A stretch of DNA of 64,000 nt, from positions 22,317,648 to 22,381,647 of the forward strand of contig NC_092673.1 of NCBI RefSeq assembly GCF_964355755.1, given 5' to 3'. The stretch comes from Antedon mediterranea. Lineage: Eukaryota; Animalia; Echinodermata. Below are positions 1 through 11,911 of this stretch, one piece after another. Below the pieces are notes generated by a model. That model ran no database searches and was not told the origin of the DNA. It saw nothing but the letters and a program-made list of their open reading frames with translations. How positions within the stretch are numbered: the stretch's first letter is position 1; each line of letters starts with the position of its first letter. The position numbers and the translations under genes are program-made.

Positions 1-285
1 ATTTTTCCCAGTGTTTCGGGAGGTTGTTTTTCTCTTGCTCAGTAAGAGACCATCCACGTCGGATTTTCATTGCCTTTTCTCCCATCCACAACATGACATA
101 GCTAACTTTTTGCTCTTCTTGTATTGTGGATAGGGGCCCTGCAAAGGCCATTTCAACTGTTTCCTTGAAGTGTTTAAAAATTGTTCAAGTACACTTGGTG
201 AGTCAAATTCCACTTTGGGCATCGTTACCCCCTGGAGTCCTAAAGGGGCTATTACAGGTTGATTTGTAGGCTCTGTTTCAGCCAT
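1..285 (-). pseudogene. Frameshifted gag N-terminus of a Ty3/Gypsy LTR retrotransposon (continues off the window's left edge)
   Basis: ORF MAETEP...MPKVEFDSPSVLEQF continues in a shifted frame (shift near 175-180) as FKHFKETVEMAFAGPLSTIQEEQKVSYVMLWMGEKAMKIRRGWSLTEQEKK, resembling invertebrate Gypsy gag (F..GPL...EE.K..Y.LLW.G.K....W.L). It lies downstream of the PBS and LTR below. Confidence 0.75.
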
Positions 286-706
286 GATTGATGCCTTATT
301 TGACTGGTTTTTTTTTTTTCTAGGTCAAAACAAAGTAGAATGGAATTCCTTGTTGACAGCAAGTTGTTGGTGATCAATCAACTTTAGTACAGTATGAGTT
401 GGGAGTGTCTTACTCCTTTCTTAACTTGTAGATAGTGTATATTATCCTATGCTAGGTACTGTTGGTTTTGCTTCAAGTTGTATCACAATAATCCTCTTCT
501 TATGAAAATGAATACTCACAGTTTTTTGTTTTTGTTTACTGTACTCCCAAGTAATATGTGACGTATTTCCAATTTCAGGTATCTTGTCCAATTAACAATT
601 CTGAAGGTAACAAAGCTCCCAGTGAATCCTATGGTATAGAAATTTCACAAAAGTCCGCTCTGTTGTTTCTGCATGTATTTACCTCCTTTTCTGATAGAAA
701 ACTGAG

Positions 707-719
707 GTCGGGGTCACCA
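707..719 (-). promoter_or_regulatory. Primer-binding site complementary to the tRNA-Trp 3' end
   Basis: Minus strand reads TGGTGACCCCGAC immediately after the LTR's terminal CA, matching the first 13 nt of the tRNA-Trp PBS (TGGTGACCCCGACGTGAT). Confidence 0.8.
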
Positions 720-915
720 TGTTATGTTATATATATCAATAATAAATGAAGAAACTCTCAAGTATAATAAGGATAGTCTTTATTGTAAAAAGTAACTGTA
801 CAAAGTGATATCAGTAAGGTGGCTCGTGATTGGTTAATCTATATCGTATGACTATGGTGTCTTATTACTTTATACAGTATATAGGTCGCTATACTAAAGC
901 AGTATTATTATAACA
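720..915 (-). mobile_element. 5' LTR (~196 bp) of the Gypsy element
   Basis: Termini TGTTAT...ATAACA (TG..CA inverted repeat); AATAAA on the minus strand at 779-784; adjacent to the PBS. Confidence 0.75.
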
Positions 916-1899
916 ATTTTAGTTTTGTTTTGACTTGTTACCCAACATGCAATTTTAAAAGATAATTTCTGAAGCAAACACAAATACAACAGTTTGGTTA
1001 TAAACGGTAACCACAAGTTATTATTCCATTTTATTCATTACAACTTTTCAACACAAGTAGGCCTACAACATGATCTACCTGAAATTAAAACAGCATTTAA
1101 AGTAGGAATAGGAACTAGAAACTAGTAACCCAACTTCACAGACATAGACGTCAGGATCTAATCACACAAGGTGAAACCAGGGAGTTGGTGAAACCAACTG
1201 TGATGCGCTACCGATGCATTTATTTGGTCAAATAAATTCTTTTCTGTACACTATAACATTTCAAAATAGATAACGCTTATTTTTATACTCAGTTAACCTG
1301 CTCTCATAGCATTTATTTGGTCAAATAAAATCAGAATGTCATTTCAGTAATCAGACACGCCCTTCTGTGAGTGATGGTAGGCATATATTCTATGCAAACC
1401 GGGTATGCAAACTCGTCGACCAGAAGACTTACTTAAAAGACTTCCCATAAACGTACTTACGATTAATGCTCTGTGTATACTTTACAATTGGAATTATGCC
1501 TCTATGGTGGGTTGCTTTTAAATACTGTACTACTATTGATTGTAGGCTCTTTTTATAATTCGTTAAAACTGCAACGCATGCGGTTTAATGTTCCTAGTAA
1601 TTTTATCTGATATGGAAAATCCCAGGACCCAATTGCATGTTGCTGCAGACTGTCTGCCATGCGGAATGTCTACCAGGCGGAGTTTTGTCCGCCGCGCCAC
1701 CGATACCTTGTAATTATTGTAACTACAGTGTTGTAGACCGTCAGTTACTCGTATTGTTATTACTTATACTAGTATTTGATAAACTGTGTATTTTTAAAAT
1801 TTTTCTCTCTTTTATTAATAAATTTTACAATTGGTTATAAAGTGAAATTGAAGAATTGGAAAATATTGGTAACAGAGGGCGCTATTTATACATTTATAA

Positions 1900-3453
1900 C
1901 AGAGCCATATATATAAAGAGTTACGACATTAAAAATTAGAAGCCATTTTTGTGTCAAAGAATTCGCACGCTGAAGGCGCGCGCGTCTATTTTGTATAGCG
2001 TTTTCCTGTAATTCATGCATTATTTTTAGATTTTTTTGTCTATGAAATAACGCTTATATTCCATTTTTATTTTAGTAATTAATTTTATTAATGGTATTAA
2101 TTTGGTAACATATACATATTGTGTCTATAATAACAAAAGAAAAAATGCTAGGGCCTACATGCAAGTCAGGATACATCAAAGCATGAACCAATACAAAAAA
2201 CACACAAATTCACCCCTCTTTTTATACAGTATATGGCTCTCTGTGTGTTTTTGACACAAACTTTCAGAGACTCGTTCATCATTTCATTTGTAATAATTTG
2301 CCTTTATTATTTTAATATTGTTCATACCTATTCAATATATTAACAAATATATCCACGACACTTTATTATTTTATTTAGTCATCAAAGCATGCATTATGAA
2401 TTGAAAATAATACATAATTGTTAAATGGGACGTAGTTATGGGATGTTTTGTTCCAAAATCAATCAATCGAACGTTATAATGTACTAGCGTACGCGCGCGC
2501 AATATTCTTTGGCGCAAGTACGCTGTGCACGTCGATATTCCACCGTAAAATGTGCAATTACATTTTTTTTAATATAAGAAAAAGTTTAAAGTAATTTCTT
2601 GCTCCTATACTTTACATGCATTAACGGAGACAAGTTTGACACAAATTGATCTGCATATCACGTGACTTAAATCCAATGTCGTAACTCTTTATATATATGG
2701 CTCTGTTTTGTATAGCGTTTTCCTGCATTATTTTTAGATTTTATTGTCTATGAAATAACGCTTTTATTCGGTTTTTATTTTAGTAATTAATTATATTAAT
2801 GGTATTAATTTGGTAACATATATATATTGTGTCTATAATAACAAAAGAATAAATGCTAGGGCCTACATGCAAGTCAGGATACATCAAAGCATGAACCAAT
2901 ACAAAAAACACACAATTCACCCCTCTTTTTATACAGTTATGGCTAGCTCTCTGTGTGTTTTTGACACAAACTTTCAGAGACTCATTCATCATTTCGTTTG
3001 TAATACTTTTGCTTTTATTATTTTAATATTGTTCATACACTATTCAATATAGTAACAAATATATCCACGACACTTTATTATTTTATTTAGTCATCAAAGC
3101 ATGCATTATGAATTGAAAATATTACATAATTGTTGTTAATAGGACCTAGTTATGGCAAGGTTATGGGATGTTTCGTTCCAAAATCAATCAATCGAACTTT
3201 ATAATGTACTAGCGCACGCGCGCGCAATACAATATTCTTTGCCGCAAGTACTTCTCTGTACGCTGTGCACATCGATATTTCACCGTAAAATGTGCAATTA
3301 CATTTTTTTAAATATAAGAAAAAGTTGAAAGTATTTTCTTGCTCCTATACTTTACATGCATTAAAACGGAGACAAGTTTGACACTGTGACAAATTGATCT
3401 GCATATCACGTGACTATAATCCAATGTCGTAACTCTTTATATATATGGCTCTG
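1900..3453. mobile_element. Non-autonomous hAT-type element with a duplicated body and right end
   Basis: 31-bp TIR CAGAGCCATATATATAAAGAGTTACGACATT at 1900, with its reverse complement ending at both 2705 and 3453. 8-bp TSD ATTTATAA at 1892-1899 and 3454-3461. 1989-2705 and 2706-3453 are diverged direct copies. Confidence 0.85.
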
Positions 3454-3481
3454 ATTTATAACATGAATTAAAAAAACGCTG

Positions 3482-3615
3482 TGATGTCCACCGGGCGGAG
3501 AGAGAAGGAGAAGAGCCTCTCTTTACATACATTTATTTTAAAATTTATATGGATCGATTATAAATTATATCAACAGGTACGTTCTACATAAAAATCAGAT
3601 GAGCCGTTGATTTCA
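3482..3615 (+). repeat. Diverged dispersed repeat; the second copy (5841-5862 + 6668-6797) is split by the foldback element
   Basis: Shared TGTCC.CC..(GA)n...CTTTACATA.ATTT...TATATGGATCGATTA.AAATTATA.CAACA.GTA...CTACATAAA.ATCAGAT.AGCCGT.GATTT. Confidence 0.65.
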
Positions 3616-4246
3616 TCGCTCAAAACGTGCCAATATGTGTTATAATTAACGGTAAATATATAGGCCAATTGTCCGCTTTGTCACTGAAAATAATATGATA
3701 TATAGTAGGCCTACATTTAATTTTGTGTAATGTGATAATACGCCAGACTTTGACAGATTATGTCTTGCCTATTTGTAACCCTTCTTGTTCGAAAATACTA
3801 ATAAAAACTCGGATTCCAAATAAATTTATATATTATTCCGGAGTTTATTCCAATTGAAGTTTAATTTAATCTGAAACTAAAAGAGAAAATACATACATGT
3901 ATTATAACATAACTAACATACATAAATCGATTAAAACAATACAATATACTATGTGTAATTCCTATTAAAACAGGTAACTCTTGATCTCTAATTAATCCAA
4001 AATCATCTTCATTATAATCAATAACATCGTAACAAAACATAAATGCTATAGCAATAGTAATTAAGTGAAAATTCAATATAAAACACGCTAATGCTTCATC
4101 ACTTTATACATTTACTAAGCCTAACATATTCCTTTGAATATCTTAATACAAACGTATCCTTTAACATACTAGATCAAGAGTGTAATAAAAGTTCTAACAA
4201 GTGTGCTAATATCATTCGTTCAGTCAATTCAGCGAACATATGCGAG

Positions 4247-5140
4247 GGCCTAGCTGTTTCTGCTGCCAAAAATATACCGTATAGGGCCTATATACGGTAT
4301 ATTTTATATACGGTATATTTTTTGGCAGCAGAAATGGGTCTCATAAAAATATACCGTATATATATGCGGTATATATACCGCATAAATATCCCAATCGTTT
4401 GTGGATATTATACGGTATATTCCAAAATATACCGTATATTTCGTACCCCGTTTCTGCTGCACTCAAATATACCGTAATGTGACCTGGCCCATGACACGAG
4501 GTCAAAAACTAACAGAGCGTGACGCGTTTGTTTGGTTTTTCTGCTGCATTGACACACACGTGTACTGTATAAGCAAGCATCAGATCAAAATATCACTGTG
4601 GACTGAAGAAATAACTATTTTTGCAATTCAATTGTGGGGAGAAGCGAAGTTGGAGGGAGACTGCATGGTAACAGAAGAGATACGGAGATTTACAAAAGTA
4701 TCTCAAACAAAATAAAAGCAGAATTTGTGGTAGACTTAATAACGCCAAAGTTATCGGCAAACGCCGTCGTCTTCTTTGCATAAATCTAGTCAATGCCCAT
4801 TCTACATTTCTAGATTGTTTGTGCAGTGTAAATTCGTTACCACTTCTGCTCATTAGATTTAAAATAGAAAGCAATGCTACGACGTTTTGAGAAACCATCA
4901 TTGTTTTGTTTTTGTCATGTAACCTCACTACACGAGACTCTAGGTCAATCCATACTTCCGTCTCACGAAATGCATTTTGGGTAATGAAAGCCAACTTTTT
5001 TACAGCCCACCCACGAAGCAGGGAGTTGTTACTAGTAATAACAACTCACTGCACGAAGTATGTGCAGCGGAAACGGTGCACGAATTTCATATACGGTATA
5101 TTTATACGGTATATTTGGGATTGGCAGCAGAAACAGGGCC
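4247..5140. mobile_element. PIF/Harbinger-like internally deleted DNA transposon
   Basis: TIRs GGCC(tag)CTGTTTCTGCTGCCAA / TTGGCAGCAGAAACAGGGCC; subterminal ATATACCGTAT repeats; internal + strand WTEEITIFAIQLWGE (Myb/SANT-like) fragment facing a minus-strand ORF fragment. Confidence 0.65.
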
Positions 5141-5862
5141 GACGGTGATTAGGAATGCTAGCATAGGGTCTAATTACACTTAAAAGTTCACCCTGTTAAT
5201 ATATTGGACTATTTGATTGTGGGAAAACAATCATACACACATATCATAATTAATCAAGCAAGTAGTTTCATTTTAGAAATAATAATTCAAAACGAGTCCA
5301 AATATAAAGTTAACTATACTACAAAAAAAACTTATTAAAAATAAAAAAAACAATTAAAGGTAATTAATACAAAACAATTGCTTACCTAAAAGAGCCAGTC
5401 GTACGGGCCAGATAGAAACTTTAAAAAACAGGTTGTTAATAAATGGTCGGATCACTGTTGTATGTCTTGGTCTTATCTGTGTGCATCAGGAGAATGGAAT
5501 GTTATGTGGGGGCTAAGCTTATCTGACAACTTTGGGTAATTTATGTCTTCTTTAATTACAAACATTGCAAGAGGGCTCTCTATTATGGTTCCCTGTCATT
5601 TGTGATTTTGCACTGGGTTACATATACACCCGTTATCGGATTTGAGTGTCCGTTTTAAAATAGAGGATTGCACTGTTTTGTTTTACAACTTATGCCATGC
5701 AGTTTCCGCCGCCAGAGTGTTCGGGATTGTTTTCTTTTTAACTAAAGTATTTGGGAGAGAGTTCATGTTGGGTTGATGTGTTGAAGGGAGGATGTAGTTC
5801 ATTCGAAGGGGGATAGGCCGACCAAATCGTGTTAAGCTAAAGTGTCCGCCAGAAAGAGAGAG

Positions 5863-6667
5863 TATGGAACGCCGTTTACGCAACATTTCGATGATATGAA
5901 TTTTATGACGCGATATGTGAATGAAATGCATCGATATGAATTGAATGGCGTGATATATGAATGCAATGTTTTGAATTGAATGCTTTGAATTGAATGTTTT
6001 GAATGAAATGTTTTGAATTGAATGTTTTGAATAAAATGTTTTGAATGAAATGTTTTGAATGAAATGTTTTGAATTAAATGTTTTTAATGAAATGTTTGAA
6101 TTGAATTGAAAAGTCAAACTATTGGCGGCGTATGTCATTCCCGCTCGCGATTTTTTTTCAACCTCTTAATAGGCCTAAGCATGGGTACCCTCATCTCCTT
6201 TCAACGCTGTCATCAATATGAATCCTTTACAGAGACTCCCTAACAGACCTGAAACATTGGAATACATATTTCCGAACCCAGGTCTGTTAGGATTCTCTGT
6301 AAAGGCAGCGTGGAAGAAAAGAGATGAGGGTACCCAGGCTTAGCCCTAAGAGGTTGAGAAAATAATCGCGAGCGAGAATGACATACGCCACCAATAGTTT
6401 GACTTTTCAATTCAATTCAAACATTTCATTCAAAACATTTCATTCAAAACATTTCATTTAAAACATTTCATTCAAAACATTTCATTCAAAACATTTCATT
6501 CAAAACATTTCATTCAAAACATTTCATTCAAAATATTCAATTCAAAGCATTCAATTCAAAACATTTCATTCATATATCGCACCATTTAATTCATATCGAT
6601 GCATTTCATTCACATATCGCGTCATAAAATTCATATCATCGAAATGTTGCGTAAACGGCGTTCCATA
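5863..6667. mobile_element. ~800-bp foldback (near-perfect palindrome) with 14-bp subrepeats and a central palindromic MITE-like core (6178-6340)
   Basis: TATGGAACGCCGTTTACGCAACATTTCG... mirrored by ...CGAAATGTTGCGTAAACGGCGTTCCATA; arms contain (AATGTTTTGAATGA)n / (TCATTCAAAACATT)n; core AGCATGGGTACCCTCATCTC...GAGATGAGGGTACCCAGGCT. Confidence 0.85.
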
Positions 6668-7159
6668 ATAGAGAGAGAGAGAGAGATTAAGAGCATCTTT
6701 ACATAAATTTGTATTTAGATATTATATGGATCGATTACAAATTATAGCAACAAGTAGGCTACGCTCTACATAAACATCAGATAAGCCGTCGATTTACTGA
6801 GGCTGGCGGAAATAAAAATAATATTTAGTATTTTTTTATGATCAGAAAGAATCTAAGAAAAGACAGTCCCCTGCAAGTGAAACGTGTCTCTTTCGTGAAA
6901 AAAAAAACTTAACTACAATTACAATCTAAGTACTGAAACATTTTCAAACAAAACAAAAACAAATCAGGACAGAAATAAAAGCTTGATTTCAATTAACAAT
7001 TTTATTAATGTTTTGATTAACCTTTATTCGGGATGAAGTGTTGCAATATTGTATTGTTTGATTGGATAGTGACTTGCACTCGCATATACAGTACTCGCTT
7101 TATAAGTTTATCTTTATATTTATAGAGAGTATTCTGAAAATAAATCCTCTTGATGAGGA

Positions 7160-7300
7160 AAACTGTCTGTATGTGACAGTGGCTGTGTGTATACTAGTAC
7201 TGGGGAACCCGCCTACTCGTCTCGAAAGATTGTTCTTTAAAGTGAGCCATGAGCCAGATGTGTGCACTGGATCTACGGTATGTCCTTATCCGAAAAGACG
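7160..7300 (-). mobile_element. Truncated Deu/Nin-domain SINE fragment (same family as 20820-21110)
   Basis: Aligns by eye with 20866-21010 (CTGTCTGT..GTGACAGT...ACTGGGG...CCTACT.GT.TCGAAAGAT...TTTAAAGTG..CATGAGC.AGATGTGT..A.TGGA.CTACGGTA). Confidence 0.7.
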
Positions 7301-8896
7301 ATGTAATGGCAAAGTACTACGGCGGTTCTACTGTCTTGACGTGCAGATTTACCTTTTCTACTAGCATTTCCCATGACTACAATGCAACTTGACAGTATTG
7401 AAACTGTCATAAAATGTTACAGTGACTCATATGCTCTGTTATTAAATAACATTGCGAATGCGTTGCCCTTTATTGCTTTGATATAATAACATTGTTTTAA
7501 TATCTTTTTATCCAAGAAGCAGAGGTTTCTAGGCTCAGTGCAAAAGTATCAGGTTATGAACAAGCAACAAAAACCAGCAAGATCACTTGTTACCTTTTAG
7601 AGAAAGTGTACAGCAGTTCATCAATTTTTTCTCTCCAACCTCGGCAGTGATATGCGGTTCAGTGGTGCAAGTTCATTTGCGTTACCGTTTAGAGAAAGTA
7701 GTATGTTTAATTCAACAGCAACAAATACCCCAAACAAGAAAGAAAAAGATGTTTTTAAATCACAATCACTGGATTTGAGCAAATATCACTCAATTGCTGG
7801 AGATCTCTCTATCTGGTAGAAAACAAACAGGTACAGTACTATAAAGAAAGAATATCCTGATCAAAATCAATACGTTGGCACTGAGCATATTTTTAAAAGA
7901 GCTAACGATAACCAGGTTATTGGAGAGAGGGATCTGTCTGCCTACAGTATATGCCAAAGAAACTTTTTTGGGTGCTAACGATGAGATGAAATCTCATCAA
8001 TTATTATGAGATTCCACAACATAAATGTCATTTAATGCATCTAAAGATTGCTTTTATTAATATTTTGGTAGGCGTGTGTATGAATGAAAACTCGCGATCG
8101 AGCCATTGGGCTATTGAAGCTCACTAAGAATTCCTTTCGCACATATTCCCTACAGTTTTTTTTGTTAGAAATAAATATGATTGGATATAGATTTATTTTT
8201 TTTCACAGAATGATGAACTTAGAAATAATGAAAGCTATAAGAAGAATAAGACAGGTTGACAGACAGCTATTTGGAACAGAAGATGAATTATAACAAGATA
8301 TACATGATATATATGATCTTGTGTGCATGCCAATAATGTCAACAACGTGTTATTCATAATAACTAATTTTTCTAAAGTCATAAAAGTGAGCTTACGAATG
8401 TATTTATAGTTTCTGTGACTGCTCTATGAACACATTTTTATTTGACTTTATTTAGTTTATATAAATTATACTGTGAAAGAACTTAACATTATATTTAGTA
8501 TTAGTAATTCAGTACTACGACGAGTCTATCAGAATGGATTAATTCTGGAACTTACTCAAGTATTGAATCAATAATGGACACTGTAAAAAAATCCTCACAA
8601 TTTTATTACACTAAAAGTTTTACATCTGCATGACATATGTCCTCCAATATATCGCTGTTAACACTCGACCCTAGACTATGAGGATCATACCTACGGTCGA
8701 GTCGAAAAGATTTGGCAGCTTCAACGTTGTCAAACTCTCTACCTTTCTTTTCCATCACGATTGTTCATTTCTCATTGAGGGTCTGCTTATATAGTATAAT
8801 AATTAACTATTAATATTATTCATATTCTAAGACATACTTTCTACAATATTTATACTGTAATTGATACTTTATCAATACATCTCTGATTAACTTTTA

Positions 8897-9056
8897 AGCT
8901 CTGTTTACACTATCAAACTTTATGTGACAAAACAATTTGATGTGGCCATATATGGCAATGATGATGTCATCACTACCATATTTAAGCATATCACTACCAT
9001 ATTTCGATACTTCACACTTTTTTTTGTCAAACTAGTTTGATAGTGTAGGCAGAGCT
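8897..9056. mobile_element. MITE with AGCTCTGT.TACACTATCAAAC TIRs (copies at 30560-30688 and 44791-44962)
   Basis: Inverted termini, internal CATATCACTACCATATTT repeats, three copies in the window. Confidence 0.8.
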
Positions 9057-9199
9057 TATACACGTGGCAATATTCAACTACAATTAATTTACTAGCACAC
9101 AGACGACGGTGATTTTAATATGTAATAATAATAATAATAATTTTTAAATCGCACATATCCACTAGAAGTGCTCAAGTCGCTACAGAAGAGCTCAAGGCG

Positions 9200-10246
9200 C
9201 TAAGTATGTGGTCTCGAATTTGATGTTTGTTCAGATACTGATATTGTTGAAGAAGTCCACTGTTGAACGTCGTTTTTCCGGATTCCACTAACTTTCAAAC
9301 ACGAGCAGACATTACGCACTGTTTTTATAAATTCTTTTCTCATTTCCTTGCTTCTTCCAGCGTAAATAAATGGATTCATCATAGAATTGGCTATTCCTAT
9401 GTAATCTGAAAACCAGGGGTACCATGCCAGCCAGGTGTAGCCATTGTCAATGTATCCCTGTATGAAATGTTTAAGAGCAGATGGTGCGATACACAAGGTG
9501 TACACAAGGAGCACTATTGCCGTTGTTTTGGTCACTTTCATTTCTCTTCTGGTAACGTTCTTTCCACTCTGCTTAGCTGTCTTCAATTCTGCCTTTGACG
9601 CAATTAAAAATATGTACGCGTATACAACAAACAAGCATGGAATCGTCAAACCTGTGATAGGATGCGTGAAATAATAAAACACAGGAGCGCCGTAAATGTT
9701 AAACAATGCAGAGCCGCCACATTCATACTCGAATGTTACATTTGGCGTTGGCACAAAAATGCTAGCAACGCCTGCCGAAACAAATGGGCTACCTCCAATC
9801 AATATACCGATTAAACTCACATAAATACAAGTTTTAAATGCCTTTCCTGATGACATCCATACATGATATCGGAAAGGATATTTCACCGCAATAAATCGAT
9901 CAAAAGTTATAACAATCAAATGAAGTACAGACACATGTATTAATATTACACATGGAACAAAATACCAGATTGCACAGTTAACAGAATAAAGAAACTGTCT
10001 ACGGAGAATGTATCCGATTATACTTAACGGGAGTCCGATCAAGCCGTTCAACAAATCAGTTACTGCTAGCGACGATATAAAGATGTTGCTTGGCAGTCTC
10101 CTAAGACCACGTTTTGTATATACGGTAACTATAACAATTGTATTTCCAATAATTATCGTTAAAAGTAGAGGGATGCTTAAACATGAAACAAAAATAAGTA
10201 AATCCATCGAAACATTATTTTGAATACGAAGGTCTACCGTGGCCAT
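9200..10246 (-). CDS. Intronless rhodopsin-like (class A) GPCR, orphan/adenosine-receptor-like, 348 aa
   Basis: Seven hydrophobic segments; TM1 GN, TM2 SLAVTDL, TM3 DRF..V.YP..Y, TM6 CIAP, TM7 NSMMNPFIY. First ATG (MATVDL) at 10246; the ORF-track start at 10291 is GTG. Confidence 0.92.
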   Translation of the reverse strand: MATVDLRIQNNVSMDLLIFVSCLSIPLLLTIIIGNTIVIVTVYTKRGLRRLPSNIFISSLAVTDLLNGLIGLPLSIIGYILRRQFLYSVNCAIWYFVPCVILIHVSVLHLIVITFDRFIAVKYPFRYHVWMSSGKAFKTCIYVSLIGILIGGSPFVSAGVASIFVPTPNVTFEYECGGSALFNIYGAPVFYYFTHPITGLTIPCLFVVYAYIFLIASKAELKTAKQSGKNVTRREMKVTKTTAIVLLVYTLCIAPSALKHFIQGYIDNGYTWLAWYPWFSDYIGIANSMMNPFIYAGRSKEMRKEFIKTVRNVCSCLKVSGIRKNDVQQWTSSTISVSEQTSNSRPHT

Positions 10247-11911
10247 ATCTTGCAATGCAGTTCTACAATAGATAGACAAATGATAACGCACCGTAGAAAT
10301 ACAGACAATTTAATTTCTGTATAATAAATCTATGTACGAAACAGTTTTCGGTTAAAATGTTCGATCAATAATTAATCGCAAATGTCGAAAATCTTATAAA
10401 TCCTCGAGGCCCAACTGTTCACAATAGAATGTCAAAATCTCCAAAACGTAAGTAAAATTGGTTTGTTTTTGCCAATATAACGTATTCAACTTTCAGAATC
10501 GCAGCCTTTGGCTTTATATTACACCATTATCATTGCAATGACGTTACTGTTACCATTCGCCAATCAGTACTGCTTCGTTTTCAATGACGTTTTTCCCCAT
10601 TATTAAATAAAATACAATCGTCAATTATAATCATATTTTCCTCTAAATTGTTTCTTTAATGTGATTGAATTAAATCTCTTTTAGTGTGTTTACAGCAAGC
10701 AATGTAATTCAAAACAACATTTTAACAAATAGCAGTATTTTATAAACAAAATTAAAAAGAGACTTGACAATCACAATAGGTTACCCGCAACAACACAAGT
10801 TGCGGATAATCAATGTAACCGTATAAGGTAAAAACTTACTAGCCGATTTCTTGTCTTGATAACAATACATATTATGGGTATAGGCCCGAAAAAATGATAT
10901 ATCATCATAATCATACGTTAATGAATATTGTATAACAGGACACAAATATAAATAAGATAAAACTACTGTTTTTATTTAGAGTCACTGCAATAAGACGAAT
11001 TTAAATAAAATGTAGTGATTTGCGAAAGTATCATTTAGAATATTCCATAATTTGGGACCTGATAATATCTGTAGGATAAGTATATTTAAATACTGGTAAA
11101 TTGGTATCACGATTTTCAACATTAATAATGTAATGCTTTTAACATTTAATATTAATAAAACGCGGAACCTTGAGTTCTTCTTATGAAGACTAAATGATCC
11201 GCCAGTGGTAATTTGCTAATAGTCTTCATAATGTTGAGTGCCTCCATTAGAACATTCTCAATCATGTTTAAATGCCATGTATTCTAGAAGTACAGCTTCA
11301 CGTTTTATCACAACGGTTATATCGTTTATCAGCAATAATCACGTTTTTAAAGAGAAGAAAAAAACACTTTTTCTACAGTCTATTCTATTTAGAATACGTG
11401 AAATTATTGGTTTCGTCACCGTGGTTTCGTTATATAAATTCCTACACAAGGACACTGTGTATTCTTAAGATGAATTATTTCAGAAGCCTCTATAAATCCA
11501 TGCGTTTTAGTGTAGAAATGTATTTATAATTTCTATTCATTGATAAAGAAATTGACTGGAAATCTTGTAAATCAATCTGTAGGCTAATATGAAACAAGTT
11601 GGCTCAGGAAGTTCAATTCACAATTTGATCCACTAGAATGCCTTTAAAACGACTTTATCTGTAAAGTAAAATTAATTATTTAATGAAGGTGGTGACATTA
11701 CAATTTTTCCTGTATTTAATTAGCGGTTTCTGAAGTGTGTAATGCTAGAATGTTGGGGAAGGAGTGTGTTTTTTCAAAAGTTTATGTAGACCTACTAAAA
11801 TTATTAAAATACTGTAAAGCAATTGCACACTGCTTTGTGCACATGCGCAAACACTTTTTATTCTTTGCGCGTTTTTTTTTAGAGGGTGTCTCGAAAGCTA
11901 GCGGTCTTGCC

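Noticed and set aside
5683-6138. 151-aa ORF
   Set aside because: Translation of the 14-bp subrepeats in the foldback arm.
10690-10825. DMRT autoregulatory sites between the GPCR and Dmrt genes
   Set aside because: Only partial CAATGTAA matches, as expected by chance in AT-rich DNA.
11735-11911. N-terminal extension of the Dmrt ORF
   Set aside because: Starts at GTG and has UTR-like composition; the ATG in strong GCCATG context is at 11912.
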